Assembly (NCBI RefSeq): GCF_022045235.1 | Contig: NW_027266267.1 | Coordinates: 26,908,001 to 26,943,536, forward strand | Direction of reading: 5' to 3' | Origin: Haliotis cracherodii | Lineage: Eukaryota | Length of the DNA stretch: 35,536 nucleotides | Shown: positions 23,602 to 34,749 of the stretch, one piece after another | How the letters are laid out: each line of letters opens with the position of its first letter | How positions within the stretch are numbered: the stretch's first letter is position 1 | The notes under the pieces: model-generated | The model's input: only the letters and a program-made list of their open reading frames with translations | Told to the model about the DNA's origin: nothing | Database searches by the model: none | Made by a program: the position numbers and the translations under genes

Positions 23602-24705
23602 TTATATAGTTACGTAAAATAAATTTGTTACATGAAGAAATGAAATGGTGGCCAGGAGTAAAGCCACACTGAAGCTGATTCCCGCGTTCTATCCCACTAT
23701 CACTCCTTTACAGGCCGCAGGATCTGAAACGTGTTTTATAAAACTTTATCAGTCATCATCTACATCTTATTCTTCTCATTATATGACGCATTACCATCAT
23801 AAATAATATTAGGGCATTATCATCATCGTCATCCTCATTGACTTCATTTCAGTTGAAAAGATTAGAATCGATGTAAATGGGGGAATGTTCGTGAGAAGTT
23901 GGGAACATCTAAACGTGTTCTAGATAAGCTGTAAAATATGATGTGTTCATATTCTTGGGTAAGACAGGTTACGACGAGGAATGACATAACTACGACACAC
24001 AGGTACACGTTTACATCCAATGTGTAGTCTGAATTACTCAAAGACAATGTAAGGACATCTACCACATTATACTTATAGTAACTATAAACATACGTACTTC
24101 TTGCTGTGATGTTGGTGGTTGTCTCATCACTTTCAGCTGACCCCGCCAAGTATAAGGTGGAGCAATAGTATGTAGAAGCAGCATCAGTACATTTCAGATC
24201 TGTCAGGATGAACTGTATTCTGCCTGTTGCTCCAGTAATAGAACCTGAGGCTGTCATCCGCTGTTGCAGACTTGTGTCCACTACTGTTACTGGCGAATCT
24301 GTGTTGGTCATTTATATTATAGGCTGATTAGAACCAGTAGATTTCTTGCCAATCTGTATGTTATACACGTATGTTATCCCAGGTGCATCTGGACTACAAC
24401 TTACTGAGATTTTGGGCTACTTCCCCCAATAGTTATTTGTGTTGGTGATGTTGTCAGTCTTGCCCCTGTGACTGAAAAAGAAAGCAACATTCATATCAAT
24501 CATTGTTGCAGAAGTCAACAAGTCGACAAAATGTCAATGATCATGATTCATAAACTCAAAAATATGTTGTGAAATTTTTTTAACATTGTACCAGATTTAA
24601 TTTTAGAAAGATGTACATCGGAAGATGGGCGCTCTTTTTCTGATACCTCTGTTTATATGGCAACACGTTGTTTGCACTTACTTCCAGAGAGAAAGGTCAC
24701 TTCAT
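23602..24705 (-). pseudogene. Pseudogene paralogue of gene 2 (leader, V-like exon and terminal exon only)
   Basis: Leader 24705-24682 has a 31-nt deletion (ATG AAG TGA). V exon 24471-24098 has a 7-nt deletion/stop near 24403, a 3-nt deletion and TAA at 24314-24312. A ~1.7 kb deletion near 23898 removes Ig2, linker and FN3. Terminal exon starts at 23723. Confidence 0.92.
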
Positions 24706-25464
24706 GCTTCTGTCTACCAGATGCCGATACCTGTTCCTAAAACATGTTAATGTAGGTTGACTATGGAGAAAACAAAGGAAAACCTTATAGAATAGTTTTC
24801 AATTTCTAGATCACATATTACTTTACACGAGGTTTACTTACAGTAATCATTTTGTTTCATGGCACTTGTCTAACAAGCTGATGCGAAATAAAAGTACATA
24901 TATTATATGTGAGTGAACACGCCTTTGGTCTCAATAGGATTTACTTGCATGATCAATATGCCTCCTGTGTATCTCCTACATGACGTTAAACATACAATAT
25001 CGGAGTCACTTGTCTATCAAGCTGTTGCAAAATAAAAGAAGATGAAACATATATTATACATAACATGATGCTGTACATACCTTCTGTTTCAATAAAATGT
25101 ACAGGTATTATCTATATGTCCCCAAATATATATTAAAAAATCCATCCTGTGTAACTCCTAAATGAAGTAAAACATAGAATATCTAAGTAGACATTTCCTT
25201 CATGCAACTAATTAAATATTGGTGAGATGGAAATGGCTTTATCATACCCGACGTCAGATGATGAGATCTCGTTGGCTCACGTGGTTTGGTTCAAATACTA
25301 TGTATCCCGCCTTGGAGCTGGAGTATAAATCCCTTATACCCCACCACGAAGGAGACAGGCGGGACATGGAATTCTTAACGGAAGTCTAAATCACTTATAT
25401 CCTGCTTCGAAGCAAACATCCTCACGCCTTTTTCAGAATCAACGAAATATTGTGACATACTAGT

Positions 25465-25830
25465 ATCACAATTTATCATCCAAAACTGGCTCCCACAGGA
25501 CCGGAGCTTGGATGAGATCAAGCGATATCATACACTGTAGATATCGCTGCAATGAAATAACATGTACATCACAGTGCTTTGCAGACCATTGTGACGTCAC
25601 TGGTTACCATGACATCACAATAAAATGACATCACTAATGGCTCTGCTACTGAAGCTGTTAGCAGTACTTTTTACACTGAAAACACTCCTAATTACTGTCT
25701 ACAAATTGAAAAAGTTGGAAGAATGATGTTGGATGATAAATAAAATCTCACCCGAGTGTCTTTTGATATCAAATATATCAACACTCGTTGATAAAAGTGG
25801 CAAAAGTCCTCGGCAAGCCTCGGACTTGTA
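25465..25830 (+). mobile_element. Non-autonomous Helentron/DINE-like element (tentative)
   Basis: 13-bp inverted repeat ATTTATCATCCAA (25471-25483) / TTGGATGATAAAT (25729-25741) and an imperfect hairpin AAGTCCTCGGCAAGCCTCGGACTT (25804-25827). Confidence 0.45.
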
Positions 25831-26267
25831 GACAGTACTGATGTATACAGATGTTTTTCATTTACATAACTATGATCACGTTTGTATAAACATGTACACA
25901 TATTATTCCATCTATCATCGCACAGAAATATAAAGGTCGTTAATTTTATTAGGGCTTTACAATGGTGGATATAATTATATATATATATAATATAACCGTC
26001 AAATCTGTAACTGTCAACTGAAACACACATTCCTGTTCATGCGATCTCACCCACCGTTAGACGATCCGGCCTTAACGTTATACTTCCTTGTTGAATGCAC
26101 TAGCTTTAGCATGCGATCTGTATTAAAAATAGCGCCTGTGTGACGAACATTCGGGTCATGCGGCAGTGTCACCAGCGTGAACATGTGTGATAAGAGTGTT
26201 TACACAAGAATCTCCTAAAGGTAAGCAAAGGTAAGCGTTTGGGTCGTATTCATGATTATAGTAATAC

Positions 26268-26345
26268 AGTCGAACCTCGCTTATCCGGACACCTGCGTTT
26301 TCTCAAACATTTTCCAGAGAAGCTAGTTTCCGGATATCCATTGTG
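26268..26345 (+). mobile_element. pogo/Tigger-like terminal fragment
   Basis: TA-CAGTCGAACCTCGCTTATCCGGAC with an internal GTTTCCGGATAT inverted copy; no right end found. Confidence 0.5.
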
Positions 26346-27948
26346 AACTGACAGGAATGCCCTACCCAACCAAAATTCTACCGAGGAATATGTGAAATGA
26401 ATGGCAAAAGTATGATTTATGAAGGATCGATCGAATTATGAACAAAATCCACTGTGCTGTACAGACCCACACAGCATGCTGTGACAACGCCCTTTATTAA
26501 TTAACCAGCTGAAAAATTCATAACATTGTTGAGGTTGTGGTATGGGCATGTATGGGCATGTATGGAGATCACCGGTGACGTTTTTGTTGTTGAGTGTACA
26601 ACCATGTTCGCAGTCAGCTATCGCAGTCAGTCATCGCAGTTAGAAATATCATAGCTATATCTGAATACTGGACAGTTTCACATTCATATCAGGTGTGTCA
26701 TGACCCAGGTTTCCATATTAGTCATATCCGTGTTCGTGTGACAGCAAAATGTTAAACGTATGATGCCTGCATCACTACCATACGACGTGCGAGATATAAC
26801 TGAAAACCCGTTCAAAATGGCGTTGAGGAAAACTCAGTTCTTCTTAATTTAAATGTTTTGTATAGGTTGCAATACGTTGACACCCGCCTCGCACCATCTG
26901 ATTATGCGTTTGATCAAGGCATATGCTCACTGACGCTTGTTTTATGATTTAAGAGTTGATACCACAAGGAAATAACACAATGAAAACAATGAAGTAAAAA
27001 TACTAAAAAGGTCACTTAGATGGTTTAAGGCCTGCGGCGTAAAGCAACATGCATAATTTTTATGCATAATATGTGAGTGACGGGTGTCATACCGTTAAGC
27101 CCGAGGAAATTTAAAGACCTTTCTACTTCTGTGCGATGATTGATGGAATAAAATCTGTACATGTTTATACAAATATGGACAGAGGTAGCTACGTGAAAAT
27201 CAGTAGTTTACCTCAATACTGTCTACAGTTGTAATGACCAATGCTTTTTTACACATATTGTTGTATGGACTTTGATCAGATACCACGAGCCGGAGGCCAG
27301 CGGTGTAAAACCTAACGGAGGACGCACTGAACAACGCGGAGTACAACGCATGTATGTTACCGACATATTTAATCTATCAATGTGAAATGAATTAAACCAA
27401 CTTCAATATTGGTTGATAAAGCTGTTCGACTGAGCTGCGGTCAACTCGTGATATGTCACGTGACTTTCACTGACTCGGGAAAAGGGCGAGGATTTTGGCT
27501 TCGAAGCCAGGTAGAAGTGATTCATAGTATTTGATCAAGATCACGTGAACCATTCAGATCTCATCATTCTGACTTGGAGGTTTGATAAAGCCATTATCAT
27601 CTCGCCAATGATTAATAAATTGCATGAAGGAAATAATGTCTACGTAAATGCTGTATGTTTAACAACATTTAAGCGATACACAGGATTGACTTTTTATATT
27701 TAGGGGCATATTGATCATGCCAGTATATCTTATTGCACCCGAAGGCGGGAAAAGCCACACATAATATATGTTTCATCTACCTTCAACTTGAGACATATAA
27801 CCAATGATTACTGTAAGTAAACCACATGTAAAGTAATATGTGATCTAGAAATTCAACAATATTCCATAAGGTTTTCCTTTGTTTTCTCAAAAGTCAACAT
27901 ACATTAAAATGTTTCAGGAATAGGTATCAGCATCTGGTAGACAGAAGC

Positions 27949-28003
27949 ATGAAGTGTTGTCATCCTTATTGTCTTTTGACTTTCCTGACCTTTCTCTCTG
28001 GAA
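27949..28003 (+). CDS. Gene 2 signal-peptide exon (MKCCHPYCLLTFLTFLSG|ITGA)
   Basis: Consensus donor A|gtaagt; the upstream acceptor gtttcag at 27917 implies a non-coding first exon (candidate donor AAG|gtaagc at 26220 or 26230). Confidence 0.85.
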
Positions 28004-30937
28004 GTAAGTACAAACAACGTGTTGCCATATCAACACAGTTATCAGAAAAAGGGCGTCCTTTTTGTAAAGCTGTGATTCTTCACTGTTAAACATCTTCTTT
28101 TTACTTATTATTCTCCTGATATCACAGAAGTTCGTCGCTGGTATTACGCAGTAGAAATGGGATCGAATATCGTACACGAACATGTAGATACGCGTTGGTT
28201 TTGGGAACATATTCATTCATGTTCATCTTTCGAAACTTAAATCAAATCTGGTACAATGCTACATATTTTTCAACGCATATTTGGAGTGTATGAATCATGA
28301 TCATTGACATTTTGTCAAATTGTTGACTTCTGCATCAGTGATTGACATAAATGTTGTTTTCCTTTTCAGTCACAGGGGCAAGACTGACCACATCACCAAC
28401 ACAAATAACTATTGGGGGAAGTAGCCCAACATCTCAGTTGACTGTAAGTTGTAGTCCAGATGCACCTGGGATAACACAAGTGTTTAACATAGAGATTGGC
28501 AAGAGATCTTCTACTGGTTCTAATCAGCCTATAATACGAATGATCAACACAGGTTCGCCAGTACAAGTAGTGGACCCAGGTCTACAACAGCGGATGACAG
28601 CCTCAGGTTCTATTACTGGAGCAACAGGCAGCATACAGTTCACCCTGACAGATCTGAGATGTACTGATGCTGCTTCTACATACTATTGCTCCACCCTATA
28701 CTTGGCGGGGTCAGCTGGAAGTGATGGGGCAACCACCAACATCAAAGCCAGAAGTACTTATGTTTACAGTTACTATAAATATAATGTGGTAGATGTCCTT
28801 ACATTGTCTTTGAGTAATTCAGACTACACATTGGATGTAAACGTGTACCTGTGTGTCGTAGTTATGTCATTCCTCGTCGTAACCTGTCTTACCCAAGAAT
28901 ATGAACACATCATATTTTACAGCTTATCCAGAAAACGTAGAGATGTTCTCCACTCCCGACAGAGTCACTTATGACGAAGGTCAACTGATTTCATTCAGAT
29001 GTACAGGCAGGATCGGAAACCAGTTTGACGTGAACAATCTACAGAACCTTTGGAGATGGGAGTGGCGATCTATAGACAACGAGTTCACCTCCTGGACACG
29101 ATATCCAAACGACCAAAACATCACCTATGAGCCTCCAACTCCCGTGTCTGGGTCAGGGGGATGTCAGTATACAGGGACGTCAACACTGCTTCATACAGTC
29201 ACGGATCTAGACAATGGGAGACAGTTCAGGTGTTCAGTCATTAATGAAGACTACAATGACAACAAAACAGTTCTTGTTATTGGTAAGATTTCATTAAATA
29301 TTTGATCCCAAAGACCAATTTGAATCTATAAACGTCTATACATATCAACATTCGGAAATATTATTAAACGTAACCATTAAATACTTTACAGCATTAATCG
29401 ACTCTTATTCGTTTAAATAACAATGACAGTCCAACAAGCCCATGAAGAAAACTGTGAAATCCGCTATGTATTATTTAAACTTTGCAACCGCGTCTATAGG
29501 TGTAAAATTCAGCATGTATAAGTCATATGTATACTACAGTCAAGTCCCGCTAATTCGACATAGTTGGTTGCATATGATTATGTCGGAATAACGAGTATGT
29601 TAGATAAACGGAATGAAGTAGTATCAACGTTCGTGATCGAATATCGGACAACTACAAGACAGATAACGATACCAACACGTTGCAATGAAAACTGAAATAT
29701 TCATATTGTTATGTTCCATTGTTTGCGGAATATGTTTTCTAATCATGCAACCTCTAAAACTTAACACAAAACTACTGTGACGGGCTGTATGACTGATTTG
29801 TATAATATATTCTAAACATACTTTACAGCATTGACTGTTATTCGTTTAAATCGCACTGACAGTTGAAATATAGAAGCATGTCCATGAATAACATTGTGAA
29901 ATCCGCCTTGTATTTTATAAACTTGACAACAGCGTCTATAGGTATAATATTCAGCATGTACTTGTATTAAGTCATACGTAAACAAATTCAATATATTTTT
30001 GGAGCACATGTGCTATCACATACGGTGTAAATGAAGCAACGCATTCTTTGAAGGTTTTTTAAGCGTACACCTGCGTACGTTCTCAGGAATAGGATACGTG
30101 CAAAACAAGCATAAATATCACTTATATTTTGTAGGACAAACAACCACTGCAACCACCACCAATCAACCTGGTGAGTATTGCATCATTCTCATGTACCGTC
30201 AAACAAATATACACTGACACAGCTATCATGTTGGGAGCACTACCCCACATGTATTTCTAAGGATAAAACTGAGACCAAGGACACCTATTTTATTTCAGAT
30301 GCAAGACCCTCCCCGCCAACTGACTTCTACTGCACAGAGCACACGGCCTCCAGTGTTAAGATGCAGTGGACCTACAGTGACACACGTAGTGGGGGATATG
30401 TGTTCGTTCTTTCCTATTGGCAGAAAGACTCAACTGTATGGAACAATATGACCGTGACGGCACACCCAGACATGTCTCCGACACGACAGATACTCAGTGT
30501 CCAACGGCTGCAGTCAGACACTCTATACTACTTCCGGTTGCTGGTGGATGGAGTAGCTGGTCAGAGCGAGGCTGTGACATCCACTTGTTTCACGGAAATC
30601 GATGGTAAAATATTTCTGGCTTAATCTTCTCACGATACAAACACTAGTTCCCCCATTTACATCGATTCTAATCTTTTCAACTGAAATGATTTGTTTGTTT
30701 GTTGTTTAACACCGCACTCAGCAATAATCCAGCTGTGACGGCGGTCTGTAAATAATGCCGATGTTGATAATGATAATGATGCCTAATGCATGTGACATTT
30801 ATGATGGTTATTCGTCAGTTACTGTTCAGTTAAACAAAGGAGAATAATAAGAAGAATAAGATGTAGATGATGAATGATAACGTTTTATATAACATGTTTC
30901 AGTTTCTGCGGCCTGTGAAGGAGCGATAGTGGGATAG
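27949..30937 (+). CDS. Gene 2 (whole span): secreted Ig(V-like)-Ig-Thr linker-FN3 protein, 391 aa
   Basis: Exons 27949-28003, 28370-28753, 28923-29282, 30135-30170, 30299-30604 and 30903-30937; all introns phase-1 GT-AG; 1176 nt continuous ORF ending in TAG. Confidence 0.87.
28370..28753 (+). CDS. Gene 2 V-like Ig exon
   Basis: LTVSC...IQFTLTDLRCTDAASTYYC; 384 nt, phase 1-1. Confidence 0.9.
28923..29282 (+). CDS. Gene 2 second Ig exon
   Basis: YDEGQLISFRCTG...WRWEW...CQY..TSTL...DNGRQFRCSV; 360 nt; donor G|gtaaga. Confidence 0.9.
29537..29610 (+). mobile_element. pogo/Tigger-like terminal fragment in a gene 2 intron
   Basis: TA-CAGTCAAGTCCCGCTAATTCGACAT with an internal inverted ATGTCGGAATAACGAG. 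Confidence 0.45.
30135..30170 (+). CDS. Gene 2 Thr-rich linker micro-exon (GQTTTATTTNQP)
   Basis: ttttgtag acceptor, G|gtgagt donor, 36 nt, phase 1-1. Confidence 0.85.
30299..30604 (+). CDS. Gene 2 fibronectin type III exon
   Basis: PSPPTDF...TASSVKMQW...YVFVLSY...LQSDTLYYFRL...GQS FN3 signature; 306 nt, phase 1-1. Confidence 0.92.
30690..30756 (-). mobile_element. SINE A 3' tail fragment
   Basis: gttgtttaacaccgcactcagcaataatccagct...gcggtctgtaaataat matches 35075-35134; absent from the pseudogene intron. Confidence 0.75.
30903..30937 (+). CDS. Gene 2 terminal coding exon (VSAACEGAIVG*)
   Basis: gtttcag acceptor, conserved in the pseudogene (23726-23724); TAG at 30935-30937. Confidence 0.75.
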
Positions 30938-33249
30938 AACGCGGGAATCAGCGTCATCGATCGTGGCTTTACTTCTGTCCATCATTTCATGTCTTCATGT
31001 AACACAATTATTTTTGATAGTAACTGTATAAAAGAAGAATATGTAAACTATTTTAATATAACAGACTAGTCATATCTCATTTGTTATGTGTAGCAGTTTG
31101 TTTGGTTATGACAGACTCTTTGTTTCTTCCGCATGAGCGATTTACGAAGTACAGATTCAAAATTTAACTAGAACATTTCCCTTGACGGAAAGCTTGTCAA
31201 TAAATGTTTGTAACAAATATATTTTGATAGTAACAACATAAAAGATAACTGTGTTAGCTATGTTTATTACAAGAACCATATGAACAGTATGTTGATGACA
31301 GAATAGTAACATCTTATTAGTTAGGCTTAGCAATTTGCTAAGTGATGACAGACTGAGAACTGTTTGTTTCTTCCGCTTGTGCGACTATCGATGTACAGAT
31401 TCAAAACCACCAAAATCCCTTATTAATTTTGTCAATCTATCAATTTGTTTAAAAGCGTATGGCTAGGTATATGTAACTTCGTTTTTTTCCCCCTTCTTGC
31501 TTGCACCATCTGAGAAGGTTTAAGATGTAATGAATTCAGCTGGTGTTACACAATTAAATTCACTTATGTATCTCAATATACAAATTTTGTGTGGGAAGAT
31601 TTGTAGATGAATGAAGTTGCCCAATGAATAAACTTATGTACGTCTTGCTTTGATTTGTTTTCCATGACATTTCCTATCTTTTTATCAATAGGTGATCAGC
31701 ACTTATAATTTCATCTAAAATGTTATCAGTAAATGCATATGTGTATATTTTTACAAATAGATTAGCTCCTCGACGTTTTTAAATAGACGTTAATTCTCAA
31801 TGACACCATATTGCTTTATCTTCACTTGGATGGATTCGTGTTGTATCCAGGCAAATGCCCTTGAAATGTCACAAGTAGCACAAATATGCTTGTTTAGCTT
31901 ATAACTGTTTTTATTTGTGTGTGTTGAAGAGTCACACAATACACATCCATTTTTTTAATTGTGTAACCAGTGGTGATCTGATTAAAGATCTCTCACTATT
32001 ATTATACAGTTTATGTAACATCAGTTTAATTTGGTCTTCTTCGCATTTGCAAAATCGACTTTACAAAGGCGTGAAGTCTCGTGAAAGATGAAACAGATGA
32101 TACCCCAAAATGCAGGTTTTGTCACGATTCATTGTCTTGTCTAACACTCATGTCAACTTACAGTTACTGATGTACAAGTTTGGCACATTATGATCGGAGT
32201 ATATCCACAAACTAACAACCTAGCATTGTATCATGTGTTTTGTGCATTCGTCCAGATTGAAAATACCCTCCATCTACAATAGCAATGTACCAACAGCTTT
32301 ATAAAACAGATAGCATGTATACATATATTAGTACATGTATATGTCATTGTGTTTACCATCTTTGCAATAATCGTTGCATGGTAGTTGTTTTGTGTTATAT
32401 ACTATTGTATCAGAATCCTTTCTCAAATGATAAAGATATCATTTGCATCATGCTGGCCTAAGATTGTTTGTCTTTTAATCAGAGCGTTACGGAGTTGGAG
32501 GGGGGCATTCTTGCTCATACAGTTCCATGACAATATTTATTAAATTTACTACGTCTTAAAAAAATCTTTTGTCAGATGCTTGACAGTGAAAATAAATTCA
32601 AGCATAAGGCAACTGATTTCATCGATCATGTTTTTGATAAGTTATAACACCAGTTCAATGCAATTCCACAATTTCACTGCATTTCCTAGAATTTGTATAA
32701 TGCTTTACTGGCACATAAACACCCTTGGTCAACGCTTGGAAGACAACCTAGATCACTTACGAAATCGTTCCATATCTACATGATCACCATGTGAAGAAAT
32801 GCTTACTTAAACTGTGGAGCAGTTTTTGTGTGATGCTTTAGGAGATGTTGCGCCATGCTCTTTCATAAGATTAGAATGTACAATTAGTGCTGTAATATTT
32901 CTCTGTCACATTACGCTTATAATGTAGACTGGATCAATTACCAGTTACCGTAGCAACGTACCGATGTTGTTTTTTTCAGTTGATTTGCTTGAGACCATCC
33001 AATTAGTGTAACAACAGTTTTTTGTAAATGTCACGTGATACTTATAAGGTAGACAGGATTAATCACCCAGTACCTACGATCGTGGGTTTGAATCTCAGAT
33101 GAGATTACATTGGCCCTGTTTAGTCAGTCCATGATTAAAGACTTTTATCACTTCGGACTTTCCCCCACATCAAAATGACACGCCCTGATATAACTAAATT
33201 ATGTTCAAAGCGGCGTTTAAACACCCTAACCCACTCACTACATCAGTAG

Positions 33250-33546
33250 GACCGCCTCCGTGGTCTAGCGGTAGATCGTCCGCCCGGAGAGTGGAAGGCC
33301 CAGGGTTCGATCCCCGGCCACGTTATATCAGAGACGTAAAAAGATGGCACTCGGAGTCTGCATACGGGTCTGAGTGGCGTATTCATGTTACATTGCGGCG
33401 TGTTATCTCAGTGGGCTAGCACAATAAAGTCGACATTAGTCCGGACTTGTACAAGCAGCCACACACACACGTTATGCACGTCGCGATATAAGTGCAATAA
33501 TCTTGAACGTGACGTTGAACCCCATTTCACCTCACCTCACCTCACC
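33250..33546 (+). mobile_element. SINE family D copy (internal deletion)
   Basis: GACCGCCTCCGTGGTCTAGCGG A box, GGTTCGATCCC B box, (CACCT)n tail. Confidence 0.88.
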
Positions 33547-33611
33547 ACATCCATGGTGTACCCGTGATCGGATCGACTTGGCACGTTTCATGTGTTCATC
33601 ATCAATGTGGC

Positions 33612-33800
33612 ACAGACGCATACACAAAGACACAAGGAGACACAAACAGACACATACACACGCACGCACACACACACACATAGGCACACATACACACAGA
33701 GATACACTCCCAGTCAGACACAGACGCATACACACAGACACGCACACACAGAGGCACACAGAGACACAAACAGACACATACACGCACACATACACTCACA
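33612..33800. repeat. Degenerate (CA)n compound microsatellite
   Basis: CA-rich tract that explains the four overlapping low-complexity ORFs. Confidence 0.92.
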
Positions 33801-34277
33801 TAGGACTTGCTCATTAACAAACGTTATATGCTTGAATACACGAAACTATTATTGCCATTATTTATTTACGTCATGCTAAGTTCCGGGATATTTACTTCAC
33901 TACAGTTTTCGACATTGGCACTGAGATACGAACCTCGAGTGGTCAACTGTTAACGGTTAACGGTTTACGACATCTGTTACATGACCTATCTGACACTCCA
34001 TTTGAGTATCTGAAAGTTCAAATCATCAGGTTGTCATTTAAAACACGTTGTACCGATCAATATCTGTCCATATTCTATCTTGTAAGAGGTAAAAATATTA
34101 TGCTCTTATTGAGTACGTGCATAGCATAGTGAAAGCATTACTTTTCATTTTAAAGTGATATAAGCACTGTTGACATAGAATCAGTAGGGACATGAAGATC
34201 ATTCATTGAACATGCGGACACATCTTTAAATGCTGAAACATAGACACAGGTCATTCCCTCACTTACAAGTGCATACT

Positions 34278-34466
34278 TGAAGATCCGGGTTAGAGCAGGT
34301 CTTCAGCAACCCATGCTTGTCGTTAGAGGCGTGACCAGGCTCGCTGACTTGGTTGATGCATTGTCATCGATTGTCACTGGATTGTCTGGTCAAGAATAGA
34401 TTATTTACAGCCCGCCATCATATAGATGGAATAATTGTCTGCGACGTTAAACAACAAACCAACAAA
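34278..34466 (+). mobile_element. SINE family A copy
   Basis: tgaagatccgggttagagcaggtcttcagcaacccatgcttgtcg...gcgacgttaaacaacaaacc. Confidence 0.82.
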
Positions 34467-34596
34467 TGCAATAACGCGCGATATATCTACATGTATATAC
34501 TTTCTCCGGTTGTTTTGAGGTCTCAACATAGGTTAGTTCACGAGGACCTGGTGTCTAATCGTTGAAAAGGTCAAATACCTTGCTCTCTTTGGACAC

Positions 34597-34749
34597 GGGG
34601 GCACGGGTGGCCCAGTCGTCTTAGGCTCCGCGATTCACTGTGCAGAGCTGCGTCCCTTGGCCACGCCAGAAACCTATGATTGTGGATTCGAATCCCGGTT
34701 CGCCCCGATTATGTTTCTAGGTTTGTCAGCACCATACCCGTGCTCGTGG
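34597..34749 (+). mobile_element. SINE family B, 3'-truncated
   Basis: Near-identical to 20158-20310. Confidence 0.85.

Larger units (their letters stand above)
19180..25460 (-). repeat. Left arm of large inverted duplication
   Basis: Reverse complement aligns collinearly with 27450-33558 (e.g. 25200-25300 vs 27523-27630; 21420-22600 vs 31290-32725; 19540-20013 vs 32770-33245). Confidence 0.92.
27450..33558 (+). repeat. Right arm of large inverted duplication
   Basis: Collinear with the reverse complement of 19180-25460; homology ends just past the shared SINE D insertion. Confidence 0.92.

Noticed and set aside
24098-28753. RAG-type recombination signal sequences near the V-like exons
   Set aside because: No CACAGTG-12/23-ACAAAAACC arrangement noticed next to the exons by eye.
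28370-30937. Calling gene 2 a FREP/CREP/GREP or gene 1 a Dscam
   Set aside because: Gene 2 has no fibrinogen or lectin domain (FN3 instead). Gene 1 lacks Dscam architecture and large exon arrays. No gene symbol can be assigned.
33503-33879. Four overlapping His/Thr- or Cys/Val-rich ORFs
   Set aside because: Translations of a CA microsatellite.
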